Origin: Nemertoderma westbladi | Lineage: Eukaryota > Animalia > Xenacoelomorpha | Direction: 5' to 3' | NCBI GenBank assembly: GCA_032718475.1 | Contig: JAUCBJ010001977.1 | Span: forward strand, 70,305 to 134,304 | DNA length: 64,000 bases | Shown: positions 60,392 through 64,000 of the stretch, one piece after another | Position numbering within the stretch: position 1 is the stretch's first letter | Layout of the letters: each line of letters opens with the position of its first letter | Notes under the pieces: model-generated | What the model was told of the DNA's origin: nothing | The model's database searches: none | Seen by the model: the letters and a program-made list of their open reading frames with translations, nothing else | Position numbers and translations under genes: made by a program

Positions 60392-62258
60392 ATAATCCAT
60401 ACCGTCTGATCGTACGCCTGTACGCGTACAGTGCAGCCTACAGCCATAACATAAACATAAAGGGCAAAGGCTAAGATAGCAAGGTACCGGTACAGAGGTA
60501 GTCAGGCTGTCAGGTAGCGGTAAGTACTGTGTTGTGTATAGTACTGTAGTACTGTAGTAGGCCTAGCCTGCACTAACACCAGAACACAGTCATTGTGACA
60601 GTAACACAGACTGACCTGCTGACAGAGCACTTGGATGCATTGCCTATTTGTCTGGCGGGCAGCTGCTAGGTTAGGGTTTGGGTATAGGATAGGGTACCTC
60701 CAGGGCCTACCTGAAAGTGCACTATCTGAGCTGCTGAGTGTCGATAGATACCGGTTCTATGATTTCAAACTTAACTTATTACTATTATGCAGTTTATGTC
60801 AGTACCGGTATGTATTAATTACTATCAGCATCTGATTGTAGTCATGGCAATTCTGTGCTAGTACACAGTGCCTCACCTCAGTGCTGCGTAACGCTAAGCC
60901 CTGCGCCCGCGGAACCCCATAAGTACTTGAACATGTAAACGACTTGGATTATTAAATAAGTGTAGTAGTAAGTTACAAGTGCAAATATATCTGTAATTTA
61001 GTGAAATAAATAATAAATATTGTTAGAGGCTAAGTGGCGTTATCGATAATAATATAATAAATTAAGGGTTACTGCAAATTATCGTCAATAAACTCTACTA
61101 CAATACAAACTACAACTGCTGGGGGAATTAATTCTTATGGTAGAATTGGGGAACACGTTGACCAGAAATCTAATCTAACATGCTGCTAAACTATAAACAC
61201 TGCCTGATTGTTTGTATATTAAATAAATATAATCAGCCACGAATTGAAGTTAGTTGATATTTTACTTAAACACACATGTATTGATCAGTACGAGCTACCA
61301 AAGCGGGAAGCCCAAATCATAATCCAAACCACATTGCGATGAATGAGAGTTTGGAGGGGGGGGGGGGGGGGGGGGGGGGGGGTGTATGGTATTGGAATTA
61401 CTGATTAAATTCAAATTTAACCCAATTATGAGAGTTAGTAAGCCAAGTTAAATAAAATAACTAAAAGGTACTAAAATTATTCAATAAAAAGAGGTAAGTA
61501 CAAAACAAAGACCCTTTGTACAAAACAAAGAGGTAAAGTCGTGTTAGGTCCCAAAGAGCGTCATGTTCAATTACCATTTAAAGGAGCAGGTTACAGAGGC
61601 GTGTTGGTGGAACCAAAACAATAAATGAAAGTTGTGTTTTTTACTCACCCAATAATAAAACAGCATAGGCTGTTCAGCAGAAGGGTTATTAAGACAGAAT
61701 TAATCGTTTCAGAAAAAAATGTCACGTAAAAACGGCAGTGCGGAATAGTTGTGGCTTATATAAAGGGTGACGTTGTGGCTAATCCTGAATGGCTAACAAA
61801 ACGGATATCAATTACATGCCCATTGCCTAGAACAAAGTCTAGAAACATTATATTCTATGCAGAGTTTGCCAACTCTAAATGTTCACTATAATTTCAATCA
61901 TTAAATACAACATTACTCCAACTCTAATGTATTGCGTTGAACGAGTGCAATTAAAGGATTATAACTCACAATGATATTAAATTAGAATGTGATTAAAAGG
62001 TGCTTTATTCAACGTTGCCAATACTTTATTTGAAGGTCATATATGGTTAAACCGAATTTAGTGTACAATTTATATTACATGTAAAAGTATAGAGAGATGC
62101 ATCATGAAATTAAAATAGAATAAATAAATAAATTGTACTAACCCGAAATGTAAATATGCGAACAGATTTATCCGAATTGTATTTTTGAAGAACCGCTTCG
62201 CATTTATCTTCCCCGCCATCAGTCAGTATCATAATAATCTTATGGCAATCGGCTCTCA

Positions 62259-62561
62259 CGTTACTGCCACTCTAAAAGGTAACAGTTACATCGCGTTACT
62301 GCCATTCTAAAAGGTAACAGTTACATCGCGTTACTGCCATTCTAAAAGGTAACAGTTACATCGCGTTACTGCCACTCTAAAAGGTAACAGTTACATCGCG
62401 TTACTGCCACTCTAAAAGGTAACAATTACATCGCGTTACTGCCACTCTAAAAGGTAACAGTTACATCGCGTTACTGCCACTCTAAAAGGGAACAGTTACA
62501 TCGCTTTACTGCCACTCTAAAAGGTAACAGTTACATCACGTTACTGCCACTCTAAAAGGTG
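62259..62561. repeat. 35-bp tandem repeat, 8-9 copies (CGTTACTGCCACTCTAAAAGGTAACAGTTACATCG)
   Basis: Directly visible; starts at 62259 and 62294. Confidence 0.95.
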
Positions 62562-62588
62562 TAATATTATGGTTTTGTTAAGATATGG

Positions 62589-62693
62589 AAAAAATGAGAG
62601 AGCGCGTTACCGGGGGGTTGAACCAGCGCTATACGTACGTTTCAGCCTATCAGGCCTCATCAGTAGCGCTAACCAGTTCAGCCACTTGTCCCT
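62589..62693 (-). promoter_or_regulatory. tRNA-like Pol III unit enclosing the hammerhead: A box, B box, T6 terminator
   Basis: A box TGGCTGAACTGG (62684-62673) with D-arm GCT/AGC, B box GGTTCAACCCC (62624-62614), and TTTTTT (62594-62589). Confidence 0.6.
62619..62680 (-). ncRNA. Minimal type-I hammerhead ribozyme
   Basis: Minus strand reads AGCGCUA-CUGAUGA-GGCC(UGAUA)GGCU-GAAA-C(GUAC)G-UA^UAGCGCU. It has a complete core, 7-bp stem I, stem II, palindromic mini stem III (ACGUACGU) and a GUA cleavage triplet (cut between 62632 and 62631). Confidence 0.85.
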
Positions 62694-62853
62694 GACATTC
62701 ACTATCCCACCTAATCCACTTCTATTGAACAGGCAGTCTTAAGTTGATTAAGACAGGACAGGATTAGGACATGATTAAGTTGTCTTCGTGCCGGTTCCAA
62801 AACCTACCAATACCCTGTTGCGTTTACTTACGTTATAGGTCTATCTTTTACCT

Positions 62854-62927
62854 GAGCCGCTAGCTGAATGGTTAGAGCGTCAGACTTCCAACCCGGAGGT
62901 CACCAGTTCGATCCCACCTGGACGTCA
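62854..62927 (+). mobile_element. tRNA-derived SINE head or pseudo-tRNA (TCC in the anticodon-like loop)
   Basis: A box TAGCTGAATGG (62861), B box AGTTCGATCCC (62905); the acceptor stem does not pair. Confidence 0.6.
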
Positions 62928-64000
62928 TAGCCGACTTCGCAAAAGCTGTGCCCAATAAAATGTTATAATAATATGAAACCACTCATTCACCCATCGCACC
63001 AATAATCAAAATGTAGTTAGTGGATTCGATACTATCCTACAGGGCGATGTCATTATCCAAATGGATTGGAAGCAATAAGAGGGGTGATGCCTTTGGCCGG
63101 CCAAAAGGGTTGGTATATCAACAAGTATGAGTCCATTAAAGGAAAGCACCAACCTCTACGCAACCTACCAAAAAATCGAAATTCTTAGAAAATAAATACA
63201 AATATACAAAAAATTACTAACAACCGTCACACGGAAGGCTATATACACTTTTCCTCGCCCTTTGATAAATTCAGAAATAATATCTCAAAAACCTGGTCGT
63301 TTAAACACGTTCTGCTTGATAAAAAAATCGAAGAATCTTATCTTATCGTCAATTTTCCTTACCAAAGGCCGTATTTCAGATAAAGCATTCCTTACCAAAG
63401 GGCCGTATTTCAGATAAAGCATTCCTTACCAAAGGCCGTATTTATTTCAGATAAAGTAGATGAAATTGCGGGGTAAACATTTGGGTCTATCCCGGTAATA
63501 AAAATATTAAGGAAACTTCCTCTTTATAGAGGTGGGTAGGTAGTTGTTATAGGAAAGATGGACCCTCATAAATAATGTAATTTTTGTTGTTATTCGGTGA
63601 TTTATCTCAGTTAGCTGACTTAGTAAAGCACCGGTTCGATCCTGGATCAGGTCTTTAAAAGTTATTCAAGTTTTACAGTTTCGTTTACTATGCCAGCTTA
63701 CTGGCTTCTCTAGTAATAAAAAGAAAAAGTGGGGCGATGCCATTGGTCAGATAGGTTGATTATCAACAACAAGTGGGGCGATGCTATTGGCCAAATGGAT
63801 TGAAAGAAACTACAACCTTGCCGATGACTTTGGTCGAAAAAAGTAGTGGAAATATCTGTAAGAATAAAAAGCCTACAGGTTATATTAATATGTTTCACTG
63901 AAAATCTGAATAATTTTGAAACCAAAAATTGGAGCCAAATTTCGGATTACAGCGAATCTTTGTAATCTGTAATTAGATTAACTTTTTTTGACATAGAAAT

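Noticed and set aside
61583-61790. Possible first exon ending in GTGAGT at ~61648
   Set aside because: No ATG-led open frame. It adjoins a dispersed repeat (GGTTACAGAGG...GGAACCAAAACAATAAA, also at ~58224-58270), so it is likely a TE end.
62854-62927. Functional tRNA-Gly(TCC) gene (also 43069-43135)
   Set aside because: A and B boxes are present but the acceptor and T stems do not pair; treated as SINE heads.

Overview
Animal (invertebrate-like) nuclear genomic DNA, AT-rich and heavily repetitive. The backbone is a minus-strand multi-exon gene for a voltage-gated calcium channel alpha2delta subunit (CACNA2D family). Seven exons between 8684 and 42583 have canonical GT-AG ends and compatible phases, and splice into one frame covering the end of the VWA domain and the Cache domains. 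Its 5' and 3' exons are not seen in the window. The introns are inflated by about ten tandem-repeat families, a recent ~2.4-2.6 kb triplication, MITEs, Helentron-type elements, SINEs and three 5'-truncated non-LTR retrotransposons (two RTE-type, one CRE-clade), each inserted inside a satellite. A complete intronless KIF21 gene (52028-56623, minus) appears nested on the same strand in an upstream intron. Most notable: (1) a tRNA-like Pol III unit (A box, B box, T6 terminator) whose interior is a minimal type-I hammerhead ribozyme (62589-62693, minus); (2) two intronic satellites whose unit is the gene's own 3' splice site, one also carrying a GTAAGT donor; (3) a candidate 24-nt micro-exon at the position that is alternatively spliced in vertebrate alpha2delta-1. 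All family calls come from motifs recognised by eye, and repeat boundaries and copy numbers are approximate.
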